A DNA stretch of 64,000 bases from Candidatus Limnocylindrales bacterium (GTDB lineage: Bacteria; Chloroflexota; Limnocylindria; Limnocylindrales; CSP1-4): contig JBCLCL010000002.1 of assembly GCA_038915815.1 (NCBI GenBank), forward strand, positions 33,521 through 97,520, read 5' to 3'. The translations under genes were made by a program, and so were the position numbers. How positions within the stretch are numbered: the stretch's first letter is position 1; each line of letters opens with the position of its first letter. The notes under the pieces were generated by a model. It did no database searches. It was given only the letters and a program-made list of their open reading frames with translations, and was not told where the DNA came from. This document shows positions 63,619 through 64,000 of this stretch, one piece after another.

Positions 63619-64000
63619 GTCCTGTCTCCGGGCGGCGGCCGATCCGGGCGCGGGCGAGTCCGTCCTGCGCTCCGCCCTGGCCAGGCGGGCCGGGCCGGTC
63701 GCGCGGGACGCTGATCCGAGCCCGGCCGCTCCGGCCGCTCCGCGGGCGATGGCTTCGCTCCGACAACCCCGGCGCGGCTCGTCCCGGCCCCGGCGCCCAG
63801 GCCGCGGACCTCGGGTGCCCGAAGACGACGCGCTCGGCCGCTCGGCAGGTCGTCAAGCCGGACCGGACCCATCCGAACGCGGACCAGTCGCTCGATCGGC
63901 GCCCCGACCGACCCGAACATCCGGCGCAACTGGCGTTTCCAGCCCTGGGCCAGGATCGAGCGGTACCAGACGAGATCGCCCGGCCGGGGCGAGATGAGTT
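63615..64000 (-). CDS. pseudouridine synthase (RsuA/RluB family), N-terminus outside the window
   Basis: The reading frame is open to the window edge. ...GWKRQLRRMFGSVGAPIERLVRVRMGPVRLDDLPSGRARRL matches the conserved C-terminal (G.NRQ.RRMF..vG..V..L.R...G...L..L..G..R.L) region. An Arg/Pro-rich tail follows. Confidence 0.8.
   Translation of the reverse strand, partial: LISPRPGDLVWYRSILAQGWKRQLRRMFGSVGAPIERLVRVRMGPVRLDDLPSGRARRLRAPEVRGLGAGAGTSRAGVVGAKPSPAERPERPGSDQRPARPARPAWPGRSAGRTRPRPDRPPPGDRT

Overview
This is a high-G+C, gene-dense bacterial chromosomal window made almost entirely of core housekeeping genes. The gene content looks like a deep-branching Actinomycetota- or Chloroflexota-type Gram-positive, but the phylum cannot be fixed from sequence alone. 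Supporting gene content includes a PonA2-like class A PBP with a PASTA domain, DUF881 paralogs, an EtfD-like membrane FeS protein and MutS2.

Gene order, left to right:
- hisB(partial)-hisH-hisF-hisIE on the plus strand.
- tyrS on the minus strand, then the class A PBP on the plus strand.
- A long minus-strand run: mutS2, mpg, cvpA, pheT-pheS-rplT-rpmI-infC-thrS-tRNA-Val, and an acyltransferase-3/SGNH protein.
- Two plus-strand RNA methyltransferases.
- A tightly coupled minus-strand string: family-5 SBP lipoprotein, MA-clan peptidase, two DUF881 genes, DUF951, an MFS transporter and an amidohydrolase.
- A GT2 protein with a CysRS-C-like N-terminal domain, a SnoaL-like protein, pepN and tRNA-Arg(CCT).
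- Plus-strand glutaredoxin-like, ccdA and resA-like genes.
- A minus-strand run: MBL hydrolase, dcd, nrdR, a hypothetical, etfA, etfB and an acyl-CoA dehydrogenase.
- A second minus-strand run: EtfD-like, mog, moaC, moeA, a TIGR01906 membrane protein, a DUF4332-like protein and a PLP decarboxylase.
- A plus-strand S8 peptidase.
- A FadH-like reductase, a secreted DUF1524/Excalibur nuclease, a Fic protein with an RHH partner and tRNA-Pro(GGG).
- gpsA-der-ispH-plsC-cmk-rluB(partial) on the minus strand.

Genes are often joined by 1-4 nt overlaps (ATGA, GTGA, TTGA, TGATG). Long antisense shadow ORFs are everywhere, as expected at this G+C.

The most interesting signals are non-coding:
1. A ~142-nt element occurs twice (18203-18344 on the minus strand, 42878-43020 on the plus strand). 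By hand count 113 of 142 positions are identical. Conservation is blocky, hairpin potential is shared, and I cannot assign it to a known RNA family. A weaker partial third copy lies at 49296-49337.
2. A ~180-bp element bounded by inverted repeats, with an 11-bp-stem central hairpin, lies in the unusually long and visibly AT-richer leader of the SBP operon.
3. Tandem ACCAC-N8-GTGGT boxes of NrdR type sit in front of a translationally coupled nrdR-dcd pair.
4. A Fic/RHH pair with its own palindromic operator sits next to tRNA-Pro.
5. Three genes (infC, mpg, acyltransferase) have conserved N-terminal sequence upstream of any ATG, GTG or TTG.

No CRISPR array, integrase, transposase or rRNA was seen.
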